This document shows positions 12,578 to 25,362 of a DNA stretch of 64,000 nucleotides, piece by piece. The stretch covers positions 113,281 through 177,280 of the forward strand of contig JALMLS010000057.1 of assembly GCA_038496445.1 (NCBI GenBank), written 5' to 3'. The notes under the pieces were generated by a model. The model had not been told where the DNA came from and did no database searches. It saw only the letters and a program-made list of their open reading frames with translations. The translations under genes and the position numbers were made by a program. Position 1 is the first letter of the stretch. The number at the start of each line of letters is the position of its first letter. The DNA is from Trichosphaerium sp. ATCC 40318. Lineage: Eukaryota; Protista; Tubulinea.

Positions 12578-14660
12578 TTATAGCGCGAGCCCAATTAAGT
12601 TTTTTCCAAAAACCCGAACATTCAGCAATAAATTGCTCCGCTTCGACCTAGTAAAAGTAAGTTTTTGATAGAATGTCCTTTTTTCTTCTAGTTGAGCTTT
12701 TGTTCGTACCTGTTCTAGCACCCTGCCGTCCATTGTTGCCATCTCTTCAAATGGTTTCAACAATTTTTTCTTTTTCCTTCTTTTTGGACTCTCTTCTGGG
12801 TTGTGACGTTCTTCTATGAGGCTGTCTATGAATTCCTCCAATTGGCTTCGTATGTCTTCACTATCAAGCTGACCAATTAAGTTCCGCATACGATCCTCGT
12901 TTTCTGAGCCGCTTTAGTTGCAAACCTTTTGTGTACACATTTTATACGTACCATAGTTCACTTCTTCAAACTGCGTAATGATTTCCTTCACTTTGCTCGC
13001 CTCTTCCGCATCTATTTCTGCCTGCGTTTTCCCACTCTCCTCGCTTACTGATTTATCTGTCGCAGGCTGTTGCGGTGTTTGTTGAGCTGACTCTCCTGTC
13101 GTGTCTTGTGGAGTGACAGCTTCTGTGCTTGTTGATTCTCCCGTTGGTTCTGGAGTGGTAGTTGTCTCAAGGTCCGTTCCAACCAAATCATCTTGTGCTT
13201 CTACTGTACCTGCCACCTCAGCTGGTGTGTCATCTTGTTTATCAACAGTTTGTTGTTTACTAGGTTCCGTTTCATTTTCCTCAACAGTCTCTGCAACGTC
13301 TGAAGCAGCTGTATCGCCTTCTTGTGTATCGCCTGATTCAGCTGCCATTCTTTCTTTAGCCTTCTCTGCTGCTTCTTCTGCCTCTTTTGCTTCCGCTGCC
13401 TCCTTGGCTTCAAATTCTGCTCTTTCCTCTTTAGCCATTAATCTTTTCCTCAACATATCAGGTCCGCTTTTTGGTAGCGGAACCTTGCGCCTTGCAGCTC
13501 TAGGTGGTGGTATACGAGATACTAAGCGTGTAGCAGTAACTTTTTCTCTAACCAAATCGTCCTTTGTCTTCATGGATGGGATGTATGCTCTTTCAACAGC
13601 ATCTTCAGGAACTGCAGAGTCGAATACTTTGAGGTATTTGTATATTCTCTTCAAAATGTCTGGGTTCTGTACTTCGTAATCCGAAAGTGCTACAAACAAT
13701 TAACATCATGATATTAATGCTACTATTGCCTGTACTTACAATTAATGGAGTATGCTTTAGGATCCTTAACGTTTAATCCTATAACCCAGTATGCCGCTTC
13801 GTTATCGTCTGTTGCAAGAGGTAAAACACCCAAAGCCTTTTAAAGATGGTCAGTATGCTACTTGTTGCAAAAACTTTGGCCTACTTTAATGCGAATAATC
13901 TCTCCAACTTCTGCTGTAGGTTTTCCAAGTTCAACAACATTAATAGGTAACCCATTACCTTGTAGAATGCGCTTAGGTGGATGAATCTTGTGTATCCGCT
14001 CAGGATCAGCCCAAGTTTGAGGAATGAATCCAACATTGACAGGTGATGTTGATTTACGGTCAAGTGAATGAAACTGTATAGGATTATGTGGCTCTCTGAG
14101 TTTGAGTTCTGAAACATCAGGTGACCTGCCATTGTAATTATATGACATTGCATTGTCTCAAGTAACTGCCAACGTACCCTTTTGGAATCAAATTCACGTA
14201 GTTGTAGTACTTGACTCCGTTCTCTTCAACAGCTATTGTTGGTATACTGTGCCATGGCGATTTATAGCTGCAGTGTTATTAAATGTTTGTACTACCTTTT
14301 CATTGTGTTAATTGTGCGTACGTTTTGTCAGCCGCGAAAAAAATACGCTTCGATGTTTCTGAGTCAACAACTTGCTTTTTGTGCTGTAGCAGGTCAATAT
14401 ACGCGTAGAGATTGTATTTTAGCGTACAAATGCGACAATAGGTTTTTCTAGAAAAATAAAACTGCGTTCTTGTATTCTATGGTGCCCATGACGCGTAGGG
14501 AATCCCTAAACAATGCTTAATATTTGAAACGAGCGCTGTACTTTGTAGTAAACTCAGGTATCGTTTGTAGCCTCTAAACAAGCGGAGTATGGCCAAATAA
14601 CGCAAATGTAGTACTTACCGTAGAGTTTCTCAGGTTACAACTCGCAAATCGGGTAAGCAT
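12578..14660 (-). CDS. Family I inorganic pyrophosphatase homologue, catalytically degenerate, with a probable mitochondrial presequence and a long acidic C-terminal extension
   Basis: SPWHSIP, LIPKG, EPHNPI, GFIPQTWADP, GNGLPINVVELG and GEIIRIKALGVL follow the PPase scaffold; N-terminus MLTRFASCNLRNST (first exon model less certain). Confidence 0.75.
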
Positions 14661-14853
14661 TATGCCACGCTAAGCGTCATTCAATGGGGTAAGCACAATC
14701 CTTTTTTTTTCAACTACCCAAGTTGACTGCGCAACAATTACAGATTTCTGTCAACTATTACATAAACGTGAACCACTAACGTCAATTAGAGCGTATAGTA
14801 CCAAAGACGTGGACAAAAACATTGGAGAAGTGTTTTATTATTTTGACATGTTG

Positions 14854-16270
14854 TTACACAATTAGAAGTTTTGACTCTTTTATAACTTCTAGAAGCATCT
14901 CATTCTGATGAGGTTTCAATAAATCTTGAATTTCACTATGTGCTTGTATGACTTCTTGTTCCTTCTTTTCAGCAAAGCAATTCACTAGATGCTTCAAAAC
15001 CTCAAAAAAATATTCTGAAGTGTGAAAAACATCAACTCGCCAGTTTGTCTTGTGTTCTCCAATCGGTTCAGCGCCATCACCATGTTCTCTTTGTAAATGC
15101 TTTATCATAACGTGAGCTTGTGTAAGGTCATTCTATTTGTTGATTAGTAGCACTCGTGTATGCCAAGGTGAGATTGAGGTACCTGTAAGATAAGAACAAA
15201 AATTAAGCTTATAGTAGCTTCTATTTTGACATCGATATAAAAAGCGTCATTATTCAAGGTAGATTGCTCTGTAGCAATCTTAATTATGAATTGTAGCATC
15301 TCCAAAGCATGATCATAGTTTCCTTAGTGCATGTCAAAAAAAAGAAACAAAAAAAATCATGTGCTAGAAAGGAACATACGAAAGGCATAGTCACACTTGA
15401 ATGACCGTTTTAATGAATCTATTGCACCTAATGGATTTTCTTGCTGTTGTAAGTCAGCAGCATGTTCGTAATAAGCACTAGCTTCTTTTAATCTATCAAT
15501 GAACTACGTTGCAATTAGCGTGGTAAAAAGGCACGTGATATCATAAAGTTTAACTAGCATACCTGTAAGCTGTTTGCCATTTCATAATACAGTGATGCAG
15601 CCATTGCGTCTTTTCCTTGCTCTAAGTATATCTGCAGAAAGTTAAAACGCTAAAATAGTTTTAACTACCTTTGTAGCAAGGAGGTAACAATCTATGGCTT
15701 GTTCTGCATTCTCCTATCAATAAACATTAGCCTTGCATTGACATCACAATAGCCTGTAAAAGACGTTACTTGAAAGTCGTCAAACTGGCCATCCTTGAGC
15801 GTTGCAACCTCAAGATCTGCTGCCCAAAATGTAGAACCTTGAATTGGCGTTAGCGACGCTTTGCTTCTGGACGCTGCGTGCCTGCTTGTTGAAAGTGTAT
15901 AGCAGCCATTGTAGAGTTTCTTAATGCTTGTTGACATCTAAGTGACAGTTTGTACCAGCTAAAACGACTCAAATATTTTGTAGCATACCTTGCCGCTCCT
16001 AAGAGCGCCAGAGCTGTGTATCTTGAGTAACCTTCCTGTTTGAGCGCTTTCGCTAATGTTGTGTAATATTCAAGCGCTTCTGGGTAGTTTGGTCTACGTA
16101 GCAAACGTCTAGCGAATTATAAGCAATTTCTAGTAGAGAAATATGTAAATTACCGCTTGCTTAGCTTTTTAGTGATCTCTACGCGCAATTAATAGATACA
16201 CAGGTGATATTGACATACCTTTGAACGAATTTATGTAATCACGCGTTGCGATTGTGTCAAGAGGGTTCAT
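14854..16270 (-). CDS. F8A1: 40-kDa huntingtin-associated protein (HAP40) homologue
   Basis: KKLSKRRLLRRPNYPEALEYYTTLAKAL...ALALLGAARCQQAL resembles the HAP40 N-terminus; multi-exon, with one GC-AG intron. Confidence 0.75.
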
Positions 16271-16472
16271 TGTTCCCACGACGTACTCTTGATAACGACA
16301 ATTCAAATACGTTGATCTGGACTGGTGCTGACTGTCAAAATAAAGTGTTGTTTTTCAACAATTTTATAACTTTTTTATTGGGTGGTACATTTAAATTACT
16401 GCTTTGAAACGCATATTTCTAGTCTAGGGTATTTGCATCTTTGTTTGTAAGAATACAAATACAATAATTACT

Positions 16473-17735
16473 TTAAAAGTTTCGGGATTTATCACGTTCT
16501 GCTAGGGCGGAGATGAGTTCACTCAATGGTGCCATTTCGCGTCTATCCATAAGCTTGAAGCTCTAATAAAGTGTTAATTAGTTATTCTGGAATGTAAACG
16601 GAAGTACCTCGACGAAGTAAATAAAGTGCTTGAAACCTAGCATCGAAAAAGTCAGAAACAACCAATCAAATAAAAAAAGTTTTGTTTTTGAGGATCAAAT
16701 TCGTACTGGTGTTGAGATGAGCTTCTTCGTTTAGTGAGCGAATAGTAGAAAAGTGAGCATGGTAAATGTGAGCATATACCCGGAATAGCCGTTTGAACAT
16801 TGTTTTTACAATGACGCCAAAGTTTTTAGGGAAAGGAACTCCTAATTGGATTTGTTAGGATTTCGCAGTTTTTTTTTCAATAGCAATCACGTGATTTTAT
16901 TTATTGAAAAAAAATTAAAATGGAAAGACCCGCTGGTCGCTGAAAAAATAGGATCTAACCGATTTGGGAGGGGAAGATGGCTTCGTCGTCTACAAAGAAA
17001 TAAGCCAATGGTAATATTACGAGAATAAAGAAGGAGAGGTGCGCACCAAGTAACTTTTGGATCCAGGTCATCAAGAAATCGACATACTCTGGTGCACTCA
17101 CACGCTTTGCTTTTTTTGAGTCCTTGGTCTGCCACAAGTACTCATACCTAGGAGCTAATAAGAAAAAAGCCTTTCGGAAGGTTTGTTGGCGCTATAAAAA
17201 AAACTTACTTTGGTCCAGCGTTCATACATGGGCAGTCCTTTGGAGTACACCAATCTGTGATTGTACCGTAAAGCATGTTGATCTGGTTGAAGAAATCGAC
17301 AGCTAAATTCGTTAATAATTATCCTATTGGTGCAGGCTGGATTTATTCACTTGGCCCGTTTTTATTATTTTTTTTTTGTTTAAAATTAGTGTTGTGGCAA
17401 ACAACTAATATTGGTTGTGTAGTTTTTTACAAAACAAGAGCATGCCGGCAATTAAGATTAATAAAGAAAAACAGAAACGCCTACAAGCTCTGGAGTATTA
17501 CGTACTGTTTACAGCAAGCCATTCATTCAAATCCTCGCCCGCAGGGAGTTTCACTGCGTCCCTGTGAACCCAAAATTAACAACACGTTTTTTTTTTCAGA
17601 TCACGTTTTGCTTATTTACCTTAAATTGCCACTTCCAAGGGTTGTATCGGCATACTTTCGTAACTCCTCCATTTTTTTACCTCTTGGGACATGCTTCCGT
17701 GGTTTAAAAGTACCAGAGCGTTTAGAAAACTTCAT
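16473..17735 (-). CDS. MOB1: MOB kinase activator 1 family
   Basis: [39 protein letters not shown]...[12 protein letters not shown]...[16 protein letters not shown]...HLNTSFKHF; 7 introns. Confidence 0.95.
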
Positions 17736-18011
17736 TTTTTGCATTTCAAATACTTAGTAATTGAAGGGTGGAGGTGATTGTTTTGATTTGTGTTTGGAAG
17801 AAACTAAGAGGTAGCAAACAGACTTAAACTCCCCAGCAAAAACAAAATTATTTCTATTTTCACTTGTGTTGTACAAATGTGTACGCTGTTTGGTTTTTTT
17901 TATTACGTTTGCTTGTTTTACCCTCTTTTTCCGTACACTGTGGGCAACTAATTTACACACGCCTACTCGAATAATTTGCGTAGCTAAGCTCGTTTACTTG
18001 TCCCTTTGTTT

Positions 18012-21000
18012 TTAGTTCAGTATTGTAACTAATGTTGGCAGGGATTGAATTTTGGCAAATTCATCTTCGGCACCTTCAAAGTCGTTGTGGCGGAGGTCTA
18101 GGACCTTAAGAGTTGCATTCTTAGATGCCAATGTTCCCCAATCTTGTAAGGATGTAGCATTCAAGCCTGTTTCTTGTAGGCTTAAACATTGTAGGCTTGT
18201 GTTAACCTCCAGAGCGCGGCTTAACTATCAAAAAGTTATGACTTGTTTGTGTTTACCTTTACGTACTGCTTGCGCGCCTTTGGGTCCGACTTCATTTCTG
18301 TCTAGTGTGAGTCTACAAAAAGGTGTTAAGAGACATACTCAGAGGGTTTTACGTACGATAATAATGTAGTGTTTACTTTCAATACATTTGCAACGTATGA
18401 CATGCAATCATCTGTGATTTTGTTCGCTTCCAAATCAATGCTAGTCAACGATTGATTTTTACTCAAGGCCTCAGATACCGAGAGCATATCTTTTTTCTTT
18501 GAAGAGTAAGAAACAAAGGTGAACTTATTGTCCATTAACGTACTCCAAGAGAATTTGCGGCAAGAACAAGACTGCGTAGTGTTTCGTCCATGCCAATGTG
18601 GTTCATCAGCGTAGATAACGTGCTCTAACGCAAATTTAGTGAACTGTGATGTGTTAAGTTTGGCAAGAATGACGTACTCCAGCTAGGTTATTGTTGGTGA
18701 GATTTAGGTGGGTTAAGACATAGTTGTCTGATAAATAAGTGCACAAGTGTGGTAAAGAGGACTTGTCTATGCCTCCACCTGTTATATCAAGTGTGCATAG
18801 AGCAGAGCTTCCAGAGAGTTTTGTAAATAACTGGAGTGTATGTTAACAAACATTGAAAAAACAGAATAAAACAAAATACCTCCTTCCATCCTTTCTTCCC
18901 AAAACTGTTACGACCAAGTTGAATACTATTCATAGTATGATTAGTCTCTAAAGCTTGGCCTAATGCAGAGGCTGCAGATGCAGCTAGGCTGTTACCGCCA
19001 AGTCTGAGACTATAATAGAGTTAAGTTGGATCTGTATCTCTTTTTCTTACTCTTTCACTGTGCTAGACTCAGATGTGTGATGTAGGACGTAATCACAAAT
19101 AGTGTAAATCGATTTTGTGCTAAAGTTATTGAAGCTCAAGTCTATAACGTTAATAATGCTAGAAAGAAAGTTAGTGTCGTTTTAGTTAAAGTAGAGCATT
19201 GTACCAATCGAACTTCTTTAGGGAATTAAATATGGCAATAACACCAGAGTCTGGAATCTAATAGCAGTTAGAACAGTATGAAGGGAATACTGTTACCTTA
19301 TTGTGTGACAAATCGATCAAGTCAAACGTATTAGGCTGTATTGTATCAAGGTACGTTGCTAGAGCGGTACAACTACTACCCTTTATGGAGTTGTATGCAA
19401 CGTTGAAAACACAAAGGTTTTTAAGCATCTAGACATAAATAAGGAAGTTATTGCATGTTATGTTGACGTACAGCAGCTGCCGTAATTACACTAGCGACAA
19501 CCTTATCAGAGAGATTCATGCGCTCAATATGGATCTCCCTCAAACCAGAAACAAAGCTTAAACTTGAAGCAAGTTTCTAAACAGGTATAAGGTTGAAACT
19601 GGGGCTGCAATATTCATACATCAACATCCTTTGAGCCAAATATGTTACCACTGAAGTTCAAGTATGTCAGATTAGGTGTATGTTCTAGCATAGTGGCACT
19701 ACAGGTTATGAGTTACGGCATGCTCCGCTTTGTAAATATGTTACTTACAAGAGTACGCTAATATTATTATCGCGGATATCGATACTCTTAAGATTAAGGT
19801 TGTTACGTTTTGGAGCTGCCAGATCGCAAACATATTGCGTATTAAATTTCAGAGCTTGTGCAATATGTTGGCTACTGTATCTATCAATGCCTGATGATGC
19901 CAAATCCTACATTGATCCATGTAAGCTAAACATAGCATAAACCGTCGCTGTACCAAATTTTCCAAAGTTAAGCCATTGTCAAAACAGTAATGAACGAGAC
20001 TGAATAGTCCTTCGTCAACAGTTGTAGATGCATTTCTACAGATGTTTCTATAACCAGCCATAAAGTGAGCCAATTTAGAGCCATATATCTCCAGAGGCGC
20101 TGAGCATTGTTAAATTGGAAAGCATTCTGGGGCGTACATCGTTTAGCTTGTGGTTTGTAGTGAAAATGTCCCGTGAATGGCACGTGACCGATACCAAGCT
20201 TGTCTTGAGCGGTACCCTTCATTATCGTGTCTATAATACAATTAACTAAATGACATATTTACAACCACGCACCCAGTTTCCTAAACGCTTGTTTTCGGAG
20301 TTCGATGTGGTTAAGAGGAGGCAAGTTTGCGTTAGATAAGAGCCAGTAACCGCTTAGATGGTCTATGATTGATATGGCAACGTGTGGCGGTGCCTTGAAG
20401 TTCACGCGCACTTCGCAGTTATCTGCCGCTCTGGTGCTAACGCTCGATTTTCGAGGGGTTTCGTGATTAAGATAGAAACCTCCTTTCTCGAATTTATATT
20501 CCTTCAGTTTTGTGTATGAAACAAATTCGATATCAGTTGGAAATCCTTCCTATCTCTTCGTTAGATACCAGCAAAACTTTGCGTGCAGTGATATATCTAA
20601 CCTTGTAATAATAGACACCATCTTCTACTATGAGCAACAGCATTGCGGTTCCATCTCCACCTTGACCAACGCGGTAAACTGTTGCACCGTATGTTGCGCA
20701 TTGAGATGCTACAGCAAGGTATCCGTGCTTGGCTTCTTCTGGTGATATACCGCACAGGCGTTCCCATAATTGAATGATGAGTGTTTGCCAATCTAGTGGA
20801 TCATCCATTTTACCAATAAACGTTGAAGGATACATCCCTTTAATAACTTCCGCTCTGCGAAAGTGTTAAAGATTGTTTAATCGAAAAATTATCTTGACAT
20901 ACGTTAGAAGATCTCTTGCTTTGCCAGAGCTCTCGTAGTTTCCAAATTGGATTTGGCAATCATAAGCAGCGAGTCGCACTACAATAGGATCTGTGAGTAG

Positions 21001-21975
21001 GTAGTCATCTGATACTACGCTTCGTTTTACCTTGTGAAAAAAAAGTGGATGTTAATCACGTGAATCGATTGTAAGCTGTGACGTACTTGAAGGTAGAATA
21101 ATGTCAATGATGCCTTATCGAGCATAAACCGCGGTTCTTTAAAGTACTTCACTTTAAAAACGAGGGAGAAATCTGCATCAGGAGTTATTTTTTGTGGTGA
21201 AACCATCAAATCGTTTTGTTGCTTCAAAGTCAAGCCCATGTCCAGCCAGCATTCTATGCCAAGTTATTCTAATGCTCCCAGTGTTGATGTAATGTACCTG
21301 TTCCGTTGTCGAACACTTGAGCTATGGAGAAGTAGCCTGGCACTTCGAGATTAAGCTTTTTTCCAACTAACGTTACCAACTCCTTTTAAAAATGGTTAAA
21401 ACAGTAATAGGCAATAAATTTACGCACAGCTCCAGTCGTAGATGGTGCAGCAGCTACTTTTACAGCTTTTCCACTGACAAGACATATTTCTAGTGCAAGA
21501 GTATCTTCTGTTGGCTCATCTACGCTTGGAGTAATTGCTCGCATGCTTTTAGGAACCTATTTACCAATTTACAAATTAATACAAGCGGTATAATATCTAA
21601 TTCGGCACCTTTGTCAGTGGTTTGAATACTTCTACGCCCAATACGCTGTGTACAAGCTGATCTTCGTATTCTGCTTCATAACTCTCGTTACCATCCCACT
21701 ACAGTAGTTGGTACAAATTCGCTTTAAGGGATATATCGTACGTCTGCGAACGTTGAAAGCGGTGGCGCCATTAACTGTGGGTCCTCCACTCCATCGAAAT
21801 GAGTGTTGTTTATCTCTTTAAATACTTGCTCTAGCTCTAGTTTTATCTTTGGTAGAGGTTTTACATCGCCATTTACGGATATTTCTTTCAAAAGAGCATT
21901 TAGCGAGTCATCGTAGCTGAGCGCAAGGTCTTCAAGCTCATCTCGAGCACCTCCGATTTCTATATCCATTTGCAT
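18012..21975 (-). CDS. FERM-domain plus RI-type leucine-rich-repeat protein (Dictyostelium FrmC-like architecture)
   Basis: FERM-like FKVKYF...LFYLQV and EEAKHGYLAVASQCATYGATVY, then many LRRs (NQSLTSIDLEANKI, NTTL). Confidence 0.75.
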
Positions 21976-22233
21976 GTTGCCACAACAAAAACAGCAAGTG
22001 GTAGCTGAACTATAACTTAACTTACTTGTTAAGATGACATCTCGCGAGAAAATTTACAGGGTTCTTACACGTGTTGCAAGCAATTCCAGTGCAGGCTACT
22101 AATAAAGCGCTATTCAAGTACCTAACCTAAAGAAACTTGGATGGAAATGCATACCAAGTTGCATACTTAAACAATAGCCAGTATCTACAGTTGCCATTTT
22201 ACATTTATTGGGTTCATTAACCCATTGTCTACA

Positions 22234-25191
22234 TTACACACCAGTACCATTCTCAATGCTTGGTCCTTTTGTTTTACGCCGCTTTTGTATGCGAATGCAC
22301 TTGGGGCAGCACCCTCGATAGCAGGCCTTGTGATAGATTGCCTTGCATTTTTCGCACGATTTCGCGAGCTTAAGTTGGAAAGAATAGATTACATCGTTTC
22401 CTTTACATATCTCGCAAAAAGCACCTCTCTGCTTACATATATCACAGCTGAATACGTGTTTTGCCCATTTCGAGGTGACATCCCTTAAAAAGTGTACAAG
22501 CTTTCGTCTTCGAATATCAAACAAATCTTGCATCGAAACAAAACACGTCTCTATCGCAACATTAAGAACTTTTTTAATCACAATTTGTGCGAACCTGCCA
22601 AATGCCTTCGACCTTCTATTAATTTTAACAACTCGTTAGAGTGTTTGCACGTGTATACGTAATCTTTTAGTGCTTTAATTTGATTTAACAGTTGCTACGT
22701 GAAAAGTATGAGACCAAGTAAAAAAAACCCAATTGTTGCTGTTTTGAGAAACCGTACCCTAACTTGTGCTAGTTCCTGATGTCGAGCAAATAATTCTGGC
22801 TTTATCACAGCTAAGAAATTAAAAAGAGGCTCATCCATGATTGTTTTGAGGAACTCCTTGTAAAAATGTGAAACAGGGTATGGTGTAAAATCCCAATTAA
22901 ATAAAATTCTTGCTGGGATCATTGATCGTTCTTTACGATGACAAGAAGTGCAGAAATTACGTCTACTATACTCACAGAACAAGATTGTTGTAAAAAACCC
23001 TAAAAAAAACAATGTGTTAGAAGAAGCAGAATGCACGTGATTACTGCTTGGATTACCTGCTTTTAGGGTGCGTCCACATCCAGCGCATAGTCTATGTTGC
23101 ATTTCGACTGTATGCTCTGGTGGGGGCATAATATACAGTTGCCTTCGCAGAGCCGTCCACGTTTGTTTTACAGCTTGCGGACGGGCATATTTGCTTCCAA
23201 GTGCTAGTGTTGCACGCTTATTTACTGCCTTTGGTTTTGGAATTGATCTTCCCTAATAAATAAATTAGCCATTGAACGAGGTGAACAGTTATCCCACGTA
23301 CAAGATTGATTGTGTTTCTTTTGTTCACCTTAGTTTTCTTGCCTTTACTTTCATTGAGTAGCGCCAATATTTCTGGTTCAGCATCATATATTATATCTTC
23401 AGAGTCTTCGTCTTCTTCTTCTGTATCTTCCTCATTGGGAATATCTAAAGGAAACTCGTTGATATCAGTAATTGAAGAGGTAAGCATTTCGAAGGAATCA
23501 CTGCTTTTCATTGAATTCCCAGAATGTAATGAAAGAGTGGAGGACGTGGATGCTAAAGATTGTGTTGGTGTTGCAACGGGTGATGCAGGTGGCTCAGGTT
23601 CAGGTTCAGGTTCTTGAATAGAGTTTGATTTTAAGGAGCTGCTTTGTATCAGTTCAAGCTTTTCCTGCTCAGCCATTAATTGTTGCTTGACTGCTTCAAT
23701 TTCTCGTTGAATTTTTGCACGCTCCTCCTTCAGCGCTTCAGTATTTTTCTCCTCCCTAACAAATTTCTCCACAGCGTCGTCAATGTCATCTTGCTTCACA
23801 AATTCGTTCACAACCTCAGGTTCGTATTTTATGGAATCATTATAATTCGTGTTTTTGTTTGGCGTCTCAACTGTTTGTGAATCTACTTGAATTATAGCTG
23901 GTTTTGGCAAATACTGTGTTTCTAACACTGGCTCAGGTAACGTGTAATCATTTGTAATGGTGTCTTCTATTCCTGGTGAAACATAATCTAATTGTATAGG
24001 TTGAAATAGACAATCAATTTGTTGCAGTTCTTGTTTTAAGAGTAATAGGTCATTACGCTCATTGCTGTCTTCTTCTTCATCTTGGAATGGGTTTGGAGAA
24101 TCAGGTGGCATATCTAAATCTTCAGTGTCGCTATTTGTGGATGGAGCCACGTTTTCTGGTTCTGGAACAGCGGGTATTGGTTGTGGGTCAGTGAGAATTG
24201 GTTGAGGCTCTGGACTGACACTTGGAGACTCTGTACTTCCACTTTGAGGTTCAGGAATTACAATATCTAGTTTGGGCGTTTCTTCAACTTCAACAGGAGG
24301 CGTTGGATTCCTTGGAGACTTTGTTGGAGAACTGAAAATGGATGGTTGTATAGTTTCTTTCTCTGTGGAACCGATTTCCATAATACGCCGTACTCTACGC
24401 CTTTGTTTCTTTTTCTTCTTTGTTCCTGATCCGCCTTGAGGTGTCGTATGTGGCAACTCCTCGTTCATTGAGAAAGAGAGAGCGTCGATTGTTTCCAGCA
24501 CAGATAACAGTATTGTGACGTCTTCAGGTGAAAGGAGAAAGGCATGTTCTTTATACCACTGGTTTATAAGAGCAGTGTTGAAGACAACGCCTCGTACACG
24601 TGCAGCAATCCTGGCTTGTGTAAGCGATTACTCTTGGGGTTTTTTTTTGATTCGAAGTTGCGATTTTACACGTACTCGCTTTTGTTGAGACCATTAACTA
24701 TCCATTTATAAACGAGCTCTTCTGCAGTACCGGTTTGAATACCACTGGACAAGTTTGTATGGCGTGTATGTTCTTGTAGTAAATTCCATATCGCTGTGGT
24801 TGTCTTTTGAACCTTCCCATTGCGGAATAAGTTAATTCTATTACCCTGTTTAAAATGTTACACTTGAAAATGTCTAAAACAAATTCGTGTACCAGTATAT
24901 TGGTGATACATTGGGGTATAGGATTATTGTGGGTAATTTGAGCTGAATCGGTTGCGTTCTATTACATTAACACGCGTATTTATGCTAACACCTTACGTAC
25001 CATTACAATCGCTTTAACTTCATTCTTTAACGCGCTGCCAAGCTTTTTACGCTCTTCCTGTGCTGTTACACGTTGAATAACTAAAATGATGAGCCAGGAG
25101 AACCAGCGCCTTGGTGCTGTTTCGTACAATCATTATCTTTCCCTTCAGCGTACAAATAGTGATGGGATCGGCTGTTAGCCCTCTGTAACAT
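22234..25191 (-). CDS. RUN plus Rubicon-homology (zf-RING_9) protein, PLEKHM1/DEF8/Rubicon family
   Basis: CAGCG...FCEYSRRNFCTSCH...IPARILFNWDFTPYPVS and HVFSCDICKQRGAFCEIC...CEKCKAIYHKAC...CPKC; RUN-like N-terminal exons and an acidic linker. Confidence 0.88.
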
Positions 25192-25362
25192 GTATACACC
25201 CGGGCACTCACACAGCTCTCAGCGTACACGAATACGTATTATACGACTTAAATAAATGTCATAAAAAGGGTACGACATTTTTCCGGAGATACAATAACGC
25301 GATTGGTCGGCAGTAAACGTCAACAAAATTTAGAGCTACAATTTTTTTTTTTCAGTGGAACT

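Noticed and set aside
16990-17046. In-frame, stop-free 57-nt MOB1 intron that would add a hydrophobic segment if retained
   Set aside because: T-rich introns often translate as hydrophobic, the insert would interrupt the conserved fold, and there is no evidence of retention.
25047-25229. Possible snoRNA/ncRNA (ATGATGA box) between genes
   Set aside because: It is explained by the first exons and intron of the RUN/Rubicon-homology gene, and I found no D box.
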